A stretch of DNA of 64,000 nt from Octopus vulgaris (taxonomy: Eukaryota): positions 8,060,001 to 8,124,000 of the forward strand of contig OX597836.1 in the NCBI GenBank assembly GCA_951406725.2. Direction: 5' to 3'. Both the position numbers and the translations under genes were made by a program. Every line of letters starts with the position of its first letter. The stretch's first letter is position 1. Below are positions 52,428 to 64,000 of the stretch, one piece after another. The notes beneath the pieces are model-generated. The model was not told the origin of the DNA, ran no database searches, and was given only the letters and a program-made list of their open reading frames with translations.

Positions 52428-53394
52428 AAGTAGTACAACTAACTCTTAGTTGTTGACAGGAAGTTAGACTATTTCCCCCTCCAGCACAGAAAAAAAGGTC
52501 ACCTGATTTGACAGCCAGAAAGTCAACAACAACAACAACAGCAGCAGCAGCAGTAGCAATAACAACAACAACACGAGGTATCATGTGATAGAGCTAAAGA
52601 CTGCTGGAAGGGACATACTAATAACAACAAATAATAATAATCAAAACTTAGCTATGATTCATCTATAAGACGTCTCAGTTTTGCAAAGTAGTCGTGGGGG
52701 AAGCCGTTACATCTCATTTGAATCTGTCACGGACGTTCGTTTCCTGATCGAGCTAATTACGTGCTATTGGTTTCTTTGTCTTTTTTTTCTATAATTTTTA
52801 TCTCAGGCATCTAATTCGCAGTGCCGTTAAAGCATCGGATTGGAATGTCTTGTAGTTTTGCTCCAGCTCTGCGCTCTGTGTTCAAATCCCACCAAAATCA
52901 ACTTCGACCTTCATTTCTTCAGGGTCAATACCTATCAAAGTTATGGGATGCATTTCTCTCTCATCCCTTTCTCTCCCTCTCTTGGAATCGACCTGTAGCA
53001 TAGCTAGTATGTGTGTCGCCTGGGGAAGCTCTTGAGTTTGCTGCTCCACCGGGTTCCCAAGCTTATACAGGTTAATACAACAGACCCGCCCACCAAAAAA
53101 AGTGTTGCTTAGGGAGGATCGCTCCCTCGTCCCCACTAGCTACACTACTGGAGTCAAGTACAGGAAAGGACCTAAGAAGAAGCGTTTGCATCACAACCCC
53201 ACCAATTTATGAAGACTACATTAAAGAGAAAGAAATGTTTCATTCCGTGTTCATGGCTTTTAATTCTAGTTGCTATCCTGGAGATGGATGGATTCCACGA
53301 ATCTGACTTTTCCTTAACCATAAAGGTGAATACTCTTCAGTGGTAAGGGTTAAAGGATAATTCTTCGAAAAAAATGTAATATTTTCTTTTAATC

Positions 53395-53735
53395 TTTTAA
53401 TTGCTTCAATCATTGGTGTCTGATTGGGGCTCTGCCTTGAAGGGATTTTAGATTAGCGAATCGACTCCAGTACTTATTTCGAAGTCTAGTACTCATTCTA
53501 TTGGTTTCTTTTACTAACCCTAGTTGTCAAACTGTGGGGGAGGGGAAAAAACACAAAGCCCCCCCACCCCCACATCCACTATACACATGATTAGCTTGTA
53601 AGTCTGTCATATTGACTTACAAGACATTAGTCGGCTCGGGGTTATAGTACAAGACACTTGACCCAGATGTCATGCAGTGGGATTGAACCTGAAACCACGT
53701 GGCTGCAAAGCGACCACCTTAACCACACAGCCATG
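53395..53735 (-). mobile_element. Diverged SINE family A
   Basis: aagacacttgaccca...gggattgaacctgaaaccacgtgg. Confidence 0.7.
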
Positions 53736-53817
53736 CTTGCCTGCTTGCCTACACCCAGTTCATATTCAAACAACAGTAGTGTAATAAGTCCATGGACTAG
53801 ACCTTAAACTCATATAT

Positions 53818-54066
53818 ATCCTTGGTCCACCTAGCTGTTAATAGGTAATCCAAGGCGGGAACAAATCGTGTCTATGTCCTGAGACCACTTAGCTCTTAAC
53901 AGGTACCCCGGTATATGAACAAATTGTTTCCAAGATCAGGACATTTAATTCTCAATTGTCCCCAGTCTACCTGTCTGTAAATAGGTACCACAATTCATGA
54001 GTAACTTATATCTGTGGCTGAGAGTTTATCTCACAAATTGTCCAGTCCACTTAATTGTAAATAGGA
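53818..54066 (+). repeat. Four spaced copies of a ~30-bp SINE-core-like motif
   Basis: Consensus tgtcc-cagtccacctagctgtaaataggtacc at ~53818, 53876, 53957 and 54039. Confidence 0.7.
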
Positions 54067-54126
54067 TGCAAGCATTTACCAATGACCAGCTAACGAGTTA
54101 ACATGTACGCGATTGCCCTACTTAAT

Positions 54127-54445
54127 GAAGGCGCGTGGCTTAGTGGGTCAGGGTATTCGGCTAACGGTCATAAGATCGTTAGTTCAATTCCTGGCGATGC
54201 GTTGTGTTCTTGAGCAAGACACTTTATTTCACATTGCTCCAGTCAAGACGAGTATTACCTGCATTTCAAAGTCCCAGTCTTGCCACATTCTATGTCACAC
54301 TGAATTTCCCTGAGAACTACGTTAAAGGCACGTGTGTTGCGGAGTGCTCAGCCACTTGCATGTTAATTTCACGAGCTGGCAGTTCTGCTGATCGGTTCAA
54401 CTGGAATTCTCTTCGTCGTCGTCGTCGTAATTGACGGAAAGCCAT
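54127..54445 (+). mobile_element. SINE family C, tail variant 1
   Basis: Collinear with 32000-32306. Confidence 0.85.
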
Positions 54446-55196
54446 TTGTAGATAGTCAAATTTCCCACAAATCCCACCCTGTCTTCATCAAAAATTGAAG
54501 ATCCATAAACATATGTAACCATAGATAAACGAGATGGTATGTCCCTTGATCAAAATTGGTACGATCACCACGACGACCACCATCAAGACCACTAGGGTCA
54601 CAATCATCACGACCACCACCACGACCACCACATCAAAACCACCATGGTCACGATCACCACGGCCATAACCACGACCATCACGATCATAACCTCCACCGTG
54701 GCCACCACCACTGCAGCACACCTCTCCCTCCCCAATAGAGTTCAACGACAATGTAATAAAATACAATATGGCCGACGATATTGGACATCTTGATAGAGGA
54801 ATCATGAGTTTAATAGCCTTGATACTATTTCACCGTGTTTCTGTACAGAACACTTTGCTTCAGTCCACTTGGTTGTCATTAGATGTAGACACGAGATCAT
54901 CTAGGGTCAATGATACCAGTGATGTACTGGCGTTATCTCCAAGGAGAACGAGATTTTCTTTTGTCTCCGCTGGAGACCGTAACGAATGAGCTTGAGCACC
55001 GACTCCCCCTTTACACACACGCGCAATGACATACACATACCAGCCACACATATTCATACATACACATAAACACACAAGTAGGCACACTTATGCATGTATA
55101 AGTGTGTATGTGTTCGCGTGTGTACTTGTGCGTGTATTAATAGATAGACCAATAACTAGATATTTAGTAACTTATATATATATATATATTCTTTTA

Positions 55197-55552
55197 TTTT
55201 TTATTTGTTTCAGTCATTTGTCCGCGGCCATGCTAGAGCACCACCTTTAGTCGAACAAATCGACACCAGGACTTATTTTTTGTAAGCCTAGTACTTATTT
55301 TATCGGGGTCTTTTGCCGAACCGCTAAGTTACACGGACATAAACACACCAACATCGGTTGTCAAGCGATGGTGGGGTACAAACACAGTACATAAACACAC
55401 ACACATGTACGACGAGCTTCTTTCAGTTTCCGTCTACCAAATCCACTCACAAGGCTTTGTTCGGCCCGAGGTTATAGTAGAAGACACTTGCCCAAGGTGT
55501 CATACAGTGGGGCTGAACCCGGAACCATGTGGTTGGTAAACAACCTGCGCCT
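55197..55552 (-). mobile_element. SINE family A
   Basis: Reverse complement of 34921-35340. Confidence 0.85.
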
Positions 55553-55567
55553 ATATATTTATGTACA

Positions 55568-55786
55568 CACGAGCGGTGCTGAAAAGTTCCTGGCTTTAAG
55601 GGTGCGGCGAAAGGCCTGGCTGGAGGCCCAACCTTCCGAGTTCTTTTACAGGGCTTAGAAAAACTGAAGGACCCCTGCAATAAGTGTGTGAACCTGAGAG
55701 GCGAATATACTGTATAAAATCATAATTAACTGATCCTCCTCTACTTTCTTTTACCCAAAGCTAGGAACTTTTCAGCTCCCTTCGTA
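55568..55786 (+). mobile_element. Mariner-derived MITE retaining the transposase C-terminus
   Basis: TIR CACGAGCGGTGCTGAAAAGTTCCTGGCTTT / AAAGCTAGGAACTTTTCAGCTCCCTTCG|TA; LQGLEKLKDPCNKCVNLRGEYTV*. Confidence 0.85.
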
Positions 55787-55794
55787 ATTACATG

Positions 55795-55840
<46 letters not shown>

Positions 55841-56559
55841 AATATATCGAGTATGTGATATACATATACTATATGATATGTAGTTTATCTATTATACTTT
55901 TATATAGTATTGCTAGTATATAGTATGTGGCTTGAAGTAAATTTAGTTGTAGTTAACGCTAGTGTGAGATTTGACTGTTATTTCTAGCATACCTAACAAC
56001 CATATACACGCTACCTTGCTGATTCATGATGAGTGAAGCTGTTATAACAAGTAGCCAGGAGCAGTGAGTTTTTGACAGACCTTTAAGGATGGCGGCATAC
56101 TTTCCTGTTTCTCTAAAAATAAGACGTCACACTATAAATATGCTGTTTATCTATGAAAATGAAACATCGCATATTCATTAAGTAGAGACGTAGTATTTGA
56201 GACTGACGTAAGAGAGAGAGATGATGCGTAGTTAAGATAGATAAGAAACATTTGAACTTTAACCTGAAATGTATGAGGCTGGCTTTGTGTTTAAGAAGTT
56301 TGAGTCAATACTACGTAGCCTTGGGTTCGAACTTACAACGTGATACCATGGGCATGCCTTCTTCTATAGCCTCAGTTTACTCAATAGTGAAGGACTTGAA
56401 TTTAGTGGACGGAAACTTGGTCGGAAGCACGTCATGTCTATTTATGTTCATCTATCTGTAGTTATCATAGTTTGTATTTTTTCAAGCCCGGTACTTATTC
56501 TATCGGTCTCTTTTGCCGAAACCCTAAGTTACCAGGATGTAAACACTCCACCACAGGTG

Positions 56560-56606
<47 letters not shown>

Positions 56607-57790
56607 CTAACTGGTGTAACCTGTAACTACCACAAAAGGTGTATTTTCCGTTGCGAAAATGTACAAAAACTGTCAGCTGGAGGAGGGAGAGATTGTCGGA
56701 GGTTGGCGAGAGAGACTGTCGGAGGTAGAAATACCCGCTTGTACTCATATTCGTCGAGGCATTTTAAAAGTTAACTTTATCAAAGCTAATTTATTAAAGC
56801 TAATATAGTGTATATAAGCGCAAAAATGTATGTATGTATATAAATGTATTCTAGAATAAGTATAACTGATATGGGGTATCCCAACTCGATGTGGTGTGGA
56901 AGTTTGGTTTCATTTTTTAAGAATTTTAAGCATTCAAAGTATGAGTTCATTGTATAGGGACACACTTATTAAATACGTTCTGGAATCAAAAATTTGTCTA
57001 CTGTCATCGAAAAAGTTTAACTGGAAAAATGCAGAATTATCGGAGTTATGAGCATTCAAAGTATAATCAAATTTAACTGAAAACCCTGCATGCATTGCCA
57101 GCATTTAGTTATTTGGAGATGTTGAAAAAATGTCTATTAATGCAATGTCTAAATTAATTACTGCAATAAGTTTATAACTGTTTAGATATTGAAGTAGAAT
57201 AGACGAAGAATAATTGTTTGATTTAGTAAATATCAAATATAACGAATCGCAGGCTTACTTGAGATCGCCGTTGTCGATTTAGAACAGCTTGTGAAGTAGA
57301 AGTACCCACTCGTACTATTATTCGTCGTTGTATTTTAAAGTTTAATTTTGTCAAGGTTAATAATATTAAAGCTAATACATAAATGTAAGCGCAAAATAGT
57401 ATGTATGTATGTATGTATAAATGCTTAAGATTCAAATCAAGAAAGTGCAATAATAAGGTTTAGCAGTCCAAAACTGAGTAGTAAAATGCAGAATTAGATC
57501 CGCTGATCGTGAGAATAAAATATTGATCGCTTCGCTAAAAACTGACAATTGTAAATGCAGGTGCTATGGGTTATTTCCCTTGGGTGTTTAAATAAAACAT
57601 ATTAATTATATGTAGTAGATATAAGGATCCCTTCTAGGGGCCCTATTATCAATTTTTTTCAACAATCTGAGTATGTGACGAGTTTTTCAGACTCACGTGT
57701 CAAGTTTCATCAAAATCGAGAAAACGATGGAGTTAGCTAACAACTCCACAAACACACCCACATACAGAATTTCCCACATCTGTAGTAGCA
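56607..57790 (-). mobile_element. Degenerate Helitron-like element with internal duplication
   Basis: Starts tatACTAActgg in (TA)n; caagtttcatcaaaatcg...cacatacagaatttccc end like the other Helitrons; 56760-56850 repeated at 57330-57425. Confidence 0.5.
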
Positions 57791-57814
57791 TATATATATA
57801 TATTCTTTTATTGT

Positions 57815-58135
57815 TTTGCTTGTTCCAGTCATTTGACTAAAGCCATGTTGGAGCACCACCTTAAAGAGAGTTAGTCGAAGAAATCGACTTTGTAAGTCCA
57901 GTACTTATTTATCCGTCTCCTTTACCGAACTGCTAGGTTATGAGAACATAAATACACCAGCATCGGTTGTCAAACGATGATGGCGGACAACCCACATGGT
58001 TCAGGATTCAGTCCCATTGCATGGCACCTTGTCGGCCCAAGGCTACAGTAGAAAACAGTTGCCCAAGGTATCACGCAGTGGGACTGAATCTAGAACTATG
58101 TGGTTGGGAAGCAAGCTTCTTACCACACAACCACA
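57815..58135 (-). mobile_element. SINE family A (rearranged)
   Basis: ggagcaccaccttaaag...gggaagcaagcttcttaccacac; a short plus-strand head piece at ~57990-58030. Confidence 0.7.
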
Positions 58136-58391
58136 AAGTTCACAGGAAAATCATGAAATGGTACATATTTGGATTCATGGATTGTTTTCTTTTTTTTTAT
58201 TGTTTAATTCGTGCATGTATTTACCGGATGAAAACAGTTTTTCACATGATGTAATAACTCTATTCATCAATAAAAAAAAAAGCGCCTGAAACAGATGTAG
58301 TGAGTGAACAACTTTCTGTCAGTTGTTACACACACATATACATATATATTTACGTATATATATATACACATATATATATATATATATATTA

Positions 58392-58739
58392 AGACCCTCT
58401 TCGGTCAGACACTGACCATGGGTTTGCACCTAGAGAGTTACCCTCCGAGGCACAAGTCTGGGCAAGGTTGTTTTTTTTTTGTTTTTTTATGGAAGACCAG
58501 CAGTCGCCCATGCATACCGGCCTCCCCTCTCCACGTCACCGATGTTGTCCAAGGGAAAGGCAAGGGCCAATACAGCTTGGCACCTGTGACGTCGCAACTC
58601 ATTTCTACAGCTGAGTGAACTGGAGCAACGTGAAATAAAGTGTCTTGCTCAAGAACACAACACGCAGCCCGGTCCGGGATTCGAGCTCACAACCTCACGA
58701 TCGTAAGCTCGACGCTCTAACCACTGAGCCACGCGCGTT

Positions 58740-58742
<3 letters not shown>
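58392..58742 (-). mobile_element. Young SINE family C, tail variant 3
   Basis: Minus strand gcgcgtggctcagtggttagagcg...gagctcgaatccc head with CpGs intact; ccagttcactcagctgtagaaatgagt core. Confidence 0.85.
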
Positions 58743-58816
<74 letters not shown>

Positions 58817-58849
58817 GCAATATATGCATATATATATATATATATATAT

Positions 58850-59227
58850 CTAGCAGTATCGCCCGGCGTTGCTCAGGTTTGTAAGGGAAATAACTATAAA
58901 GCATTTTTAGAGAGTTATAGCCAAAAAATAGCAAAAAAATGGAAAAAAATTATGGTAATTTTTTTTTTAGTTAAAAAAGGTGGAGTTGCGTCCCCTAGAC
59001 AGTTTGCGGTTTGTGTTTCTGATTCTCGACCCCATGTCGAATTTATCGATTTTTTTCCGAACTGGGGGAACTTTTCAAAATTTTCGCTGCGTTAGTTTTG
59101 AATTATGACATTGGGCTATGTGTGTGTCAAGTTTCATCAGAATCGGTTGAAAGCCGTGGTCAGGGTGAGGGTACAAGCAAACAGACACACAGAAACACGC
59201 ACAGACAAACTGCCGTTTATATAGAGA
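58850..59227 (-). mobile_element. Non-autonomous Helitron, copy 2
   Basis: Near-identical to 6388-6759; inserted in (TA)n. Confidence 0.8.
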
Positions 59228-59274
59228 ATATATATATATATAGTATAAGTGTATTATGTAAGTATGTATAAATT

Positions 59275-59306
<32 letters not shown>

Positions 59307-59761
59307 GAATAGGCTTGCGGTACAGTTGATGTCTACCAAATTCCACTAAGAAAATACTGCATAACCTAGGACTATGACACAAGACGCTAGCCCAAAATGT
59401 CGCATTGGGGATCGAACCAAAAACTCTGCGGTTGTGAACCATCAAACTTTATAATCACTCAACCAACCTCATACATTTCAGATTTAAGTTCATATACTCC
59501 TTATCTATTTTAATTTCGCATCTTCTCTCTGTTATGTCAGTCTTATGTTCTACGTCTTTAGTAAATGTATATACGATGTTTCATCATTGTAGAAAAGAAT
59601 AAGTATATTTATAATTTGAAGTCCTTTTGTTAGGGAAACAAAAAAGTATGTCACCAGCCGTCAAAGACTGACAAACACTTACTGCTTCAGGCTACCTGTT
59701 ATATCAACTTTGCAAATAATGAACCAGTAAGGTACCGTGTACGCGTTTGCTCGACATCGTT

Positions 59762-60025
59762 ACTGGCTCTCCGTCGGTTACAACGACGTTTCCAATTGAT
59801 TAGATCAACCGAACAGCTTGGTCGTGAAATTAACGTGCAAGTGGCTGAATACTCCACAGAGAGGCGTACTCTTGACGTAGTTCTCAGGGGGATTCAGCGT
59901 GACACAAGTACCACTCACTTTTGGCAGTTGGGTGGAGTGGAGCAACATATCGCGCTGCCAGGAATCGAACTCACGACTTTACGATCGTGAGTCGAAAGCA
60001 CTAACCATTAAGCCACGCACCTGCA
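59762..60025 (-). mobile_element. SINE family C, tail variant 1 (internally deleted)
   Basis: Reverse complement of the 32000-32306 head and tail. Confidence 0.8.
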
Positions 60026-61184
60026 CTCTCGATATCCTAAAATAACAGTACAGCAGTCATCCAACTATTGACTAAGAAGAACGAACCTTGTACATGATAT
60101 AGTGGTAATCAGCATTCTTTTGGAACTCGTGGTTGCCTCACTATTATAACTACAGCCTCTGAATGATCAGACGTACATTAGTGTCTGCGAAATTTTGAGT
60201 TATGCGTACATACACACATACATACACACATACATACACACTTACACACATACATACATAATACATACATACATACATACATACACACATACACACATAC
60301 ATACATACATACATACATACATACATACATACATACACACACACACATACATACATACATACATACATACATACATACATACATACATACACACATACAC
60401 ACACACATACATACATATATACATACATCATACATACATACATACATATTTGTATTAACGGATTTGCATTACTTAAAGTTTCACAGAAGTGGAAAAAAGA
60501 AACCTGATTTTTTATGCTTATGAGATGATATTAACAACTAATGGCTTTAAATCTGGAGTTTCAGTGAAGTGTGAAAAACACTCCTGGTCAGACGGATACA
60601 TGGTTCTTAGAAACAACACTTCCATGACTTCTAGATAAGGCTAGTTACAAATGGATACTTCATAAGCTTTGATTTCATAGGGTAATTCAGATCACGTGAT
60701 TAGATCCTAGCCTCTAGCCGCAGACTGGTCCTGGTAGCTTGAAGATAGGTGTGTTAAGACATTATACACACCTGTATAATTTCAAACCATACCTGTACAA
60801 TGTCTCAACACGCCTGTAAAATTTTGTATCACACAAATGTGCCACGATACTTATGTGTGGCACAGAACTAACGAACTACTGCATCTGACTCTATACAGAA
60901 ATTACAGTGGTTCTTCCCTGATCCAGAACGGAACATCTTGAATATATTTGAAATCTTCCTTTATTCACCAGACGGATCAGTAACGTAATCCAGTTACCCA
61001 TCTTGTTTTTTATGCCGTTGCATTTTCCAAGTCACATAATTATTTCTTGGTTAATCATTAAAAAAGAGTTCACTCTGTATTGGGCATGTTAACACTAATC
61101 TATTTATCTATCGATCGATCTGTCTGTCCGTCTGTTATCTATCTGTCGTTCTGTCTGTTAATCTACCCCCTTTCTCTGTTTCCC

Positions 61185-61291
<107 letters not shown>

Positions 61292-61386
61292 GGCCTGGTG
61301 CAGCCTTCTGGCTTTCCAGACCCCAATCGAACCGTCCAACCCATGCCAGCATGGAAAACGGACGTTAAACGATGATAATGATGATG

Positions 61387-61390
<4 letters not shown>
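61292..61390 (+). mobile_element. RTE 3' end with (GAT)n tail
   Basis: ccatgccagcatggaaaacggacgttaaacgatgataatgatgatg. Confidence 0.75.
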
Positions 61391-61445
<55 letters not shown>

Positions 61446-61456
61446 GTCGGTCTCTA

Positions 61457-61493
<37 letters not shown>

Positions 61494-61763
61494 TTCTCTG
61501 TCCCCTATCCATCCATCCATCTCACCTGTCTAGTTACTTCGTTATTAATACTTCCTCCTATTCTAAACTCGTCAACACAAACTTGACTATTATTTGTTTG
61601 CTTTATATTTGTTACACATGCCGATGGCGCCTCTGAGTCACTAAAACATTATTTGTTTCAATAAAATCAAATAATACGAAACGAGAGCTTTATTGTAAGG
61701 ACCAAAGTTATTGACAGCAGTAAAAACACAAATGTTCTGTATTTGATTGTCTTGATTTCGCTC

Positions 61764-61806
<43 letters not shown>

Positions 61807-62522
61807 TAAAATAAAATATAGAGCAAAATAAATTTTAAAATTAAAAATTTGGAAAAAAAGCAAAGAAAACAGTGATAATTAGTACGTTATTGTTCCATCA
61901 AAATGATTTTGAAATGTCACCAAATTCTAGTTATTTGTTTTGTGACAGTGAATGGTATTGAGGTAAAACAATAGATTTATTATTGTTCTTTCGGATTTGG
62001 CATATTTCAATACTGTACCACTACAAAAACAACAACAACAACAACAGCAACAACTGGAACAATAATACCAACAGTAACAATAATAACAGCAGAAGTAGAA
62101 GTGAAACGCATACATGCGTACAAACATACATACACATATATGTATAAATGCTTGCATACATTCACATATATGCGCACAGCGAAATTCTTTCTCTCTGTCA
62201 TACTTACTTTCCTATAGTAAATGAGCCAACACCATCCTATGAATAGGACTATATGTATATCATATATATCATATATATAATATGTGCATATGTATGCATG
62301 TATGTATATATTTATATATATATATATATATATATATCATGCATACACACATACATATGCATGTGTATATATACATACACACACATATATATGCATATAT
62401 GCGTGTGTAGTCTGTATAAATTCTACACACACATACGTATAGGTACACACTCGCATACGCATGTGTAAACATAAATACTCACACACACTCATATGTGCAT
62501 ATATACATTACATACATACATA

Positions 62523-62588
<66 letters not shown>

Positions 62589-63032
62589 CGTGTGTGTGCG
62601 TGCGTGCGTGCGTGCGTGTGTGTATGTGTGTGTGTTTGTGTGTTTGACAGCATTTTTGTCCACGGCGACAGCGACGACAACGACAACGATAACACCACCA
62701 CCATCACCACTTCCACTACCAGCACCGCCGCCACCACCATCATCAACTGCCTACGTTTAATTGCTTCTAATTAAAGACTGTGATGAAGGAAGCCAACATC
62801 ATTTCCATTAAATAGATTATTATTTCAAAGACCAACAAGTAGTTTGCAGAATTGGAAGTATGTGCGTGAAAGGAAGAGTGTGCTTGTGTGTGTGTGTGAG
62901 AAAGAGAGGAAGAGTGTATTTGTGTGTGTGTTTGTATATGTGTGTTTGTATATGTGTATGTGTTAATATGTGCGTATGTGCCTGTGTTAGTGTGTGTAAT
63001 TCTGTGTTTGTTTGTAAATGCGTGTACATGTT

Positions 63033-63070
<38 letters not shown>

Positions 63071-63122
63071 TATTTGTGTTTATGTGTGTATATGTGTAGG
63101 TTTAACTGCGTACATACATATA

Positions 63123-64000
63123 CAGTGATACCTCGCAGAACGAGTTTAATTCGTTCCATGACCGCGCTCGTTTTACGATTTTCTCGTTTTACAAATCAAT
63201 TTCCCCCATTGAAATTAGTTAAAATATAATTAATCCGTTCCACCCTCCCAAAACCACATAAGAATCATTTTTAGTGGGTTTTAGAACAGAAAAAGTGCAG
63301 GTACAATGAAAAACATAATAAAAGAGAATGCAAAAGAAATACGTAAACTGGTTTTATTAATTTAAATACCTTAAAGATGAGACGATTTGTGCATGGGGAA
63401 GACGATAAGGCGGGAAGGAGGATTACTGTTTGAAAGGAGAATTTCCTTCCATTAAGACTTCAGGAAGAACAATTTCTGACGATTTCTCTCTCACTTCGCT
63501 TAATTTAGGCTTCCTGGACACACTCTTCACCTTTCACTCGTGCGGGTCGTTTCTAATGAAACGACCCGTAGATACTTTTTCAGAGTGATTTTTTCTAAAA
63601 ATTCAGAAACATACTGCCACTTCGCTAACATTGCCTTTATGTCACTCGTAGAGGTAACCTTCTCCGTTACATTGTCCTCCTCCGGGGAACCAATCTCTTC
63701 CACCGCATCTGAATGCAGCTACTTCTGAAGCTGCAGGAGTTCATCTGCCGTCAGCTCCTGAGTGCCCCTCAACGAGATCGTTAATGTCCCCATTGTCAAC
63801 CTTGAGGCCCATGGACTTGCCAAGAAACACTATCTCCTCGACTACAAGTGTCTCAGAGTGAAATCCCTCGAAGTCTCTTTCGGATACGCAGTCAGGCCAT
63901 AGTTTCCTCCATGCAAAATTCAGCTTTCTTTCGTTACACCCTGCCAGGCCATATAAATGAATTTCATGCAGTTAACAATGTTGTAATGCTCCTTCCAAAA
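63123..64000 (-). mobile_element. Tigger/pogo DNA transposon, 3' part with disrupted transposase
   Basis: TA|CAGTGATACCTCG TIR at 63123. Minus strand FWKEHYNIVNCMKFIYMAWQGVT..LNFAWRKLWPDCVSERDFEGF...EEIVFLGKSMGLKVD..DINDLVE..ELTADEL, TIGD1-like, with frameshifts. Confidence 0.9.

Noticed and set aside
53818-54066. CRISPR array
   Set aside because: Eukaryotic context, degenerate repeats, uneven spacers, no cas genes, and the repeat matches a SINE core.
54768-54989. 73-aa ORF MADDIGHLDRG... in unique-looking sequence
   Set aside because: No recognisable domain or splice signals, and it includes a SINE-core-like fragment (ttgcttcagtccactt).
58670-58742. tRNA-like sequence with A and B boxes
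   Set aside because: No proper acceptor stem, and it continues into a multicopy SINE body, so it is a SINE head rather than a tRNA gene.

Overview
Eukaryotic, AT-rich, microsatellite-saturated genomic DNA. The SINE families, Penelope/RTE/Tx1 remnants and (TA)/(CA)/(TATC)/(GA) density look like an Octopus (cephalopod) genome; this is inferred from remembered repeat families, not from a search. Almost all ORFs in the supplied track are microsatellite artefacts. The only convincing host coding feature is a minus-strand first coding exon (22657-22723) encoding a signal peptide and ending in a canonical GTAAGT donor. It implies a secreted or membrane protein gene that runs leftwards out of the window, with a possible acceptor at the left edge and a possible second promoter/first exon near 14.9 kb. 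The rest is a transposon graveyard: tRNA-derived SINEs of at least three families, CR1-like, RTE and Tx1 LINE fragments, a Penelope-like element with a GIY-YIG remnant, non-autonomous Helitrons with canonical TC...CTAG ends, hAT, Tigger and mariner MITEs, and a Tigger transposase remnant. The most interesting signals are (i) several minimal Penelope-type hammerhead ribozyme motifs, (ii) a recurrent class of tail-out palindromes (~180-320 bp) that appear built from ribozyme-bearing Penelope LTR ends, (iii) a 123-bp, ~96% identical foldback inside a Tc1/mariner transposase remnant, and (iv) a modular G-rich array directly upstream of the signal-peptide exon. Repeat boundaries are approximate unless termini are quoted.
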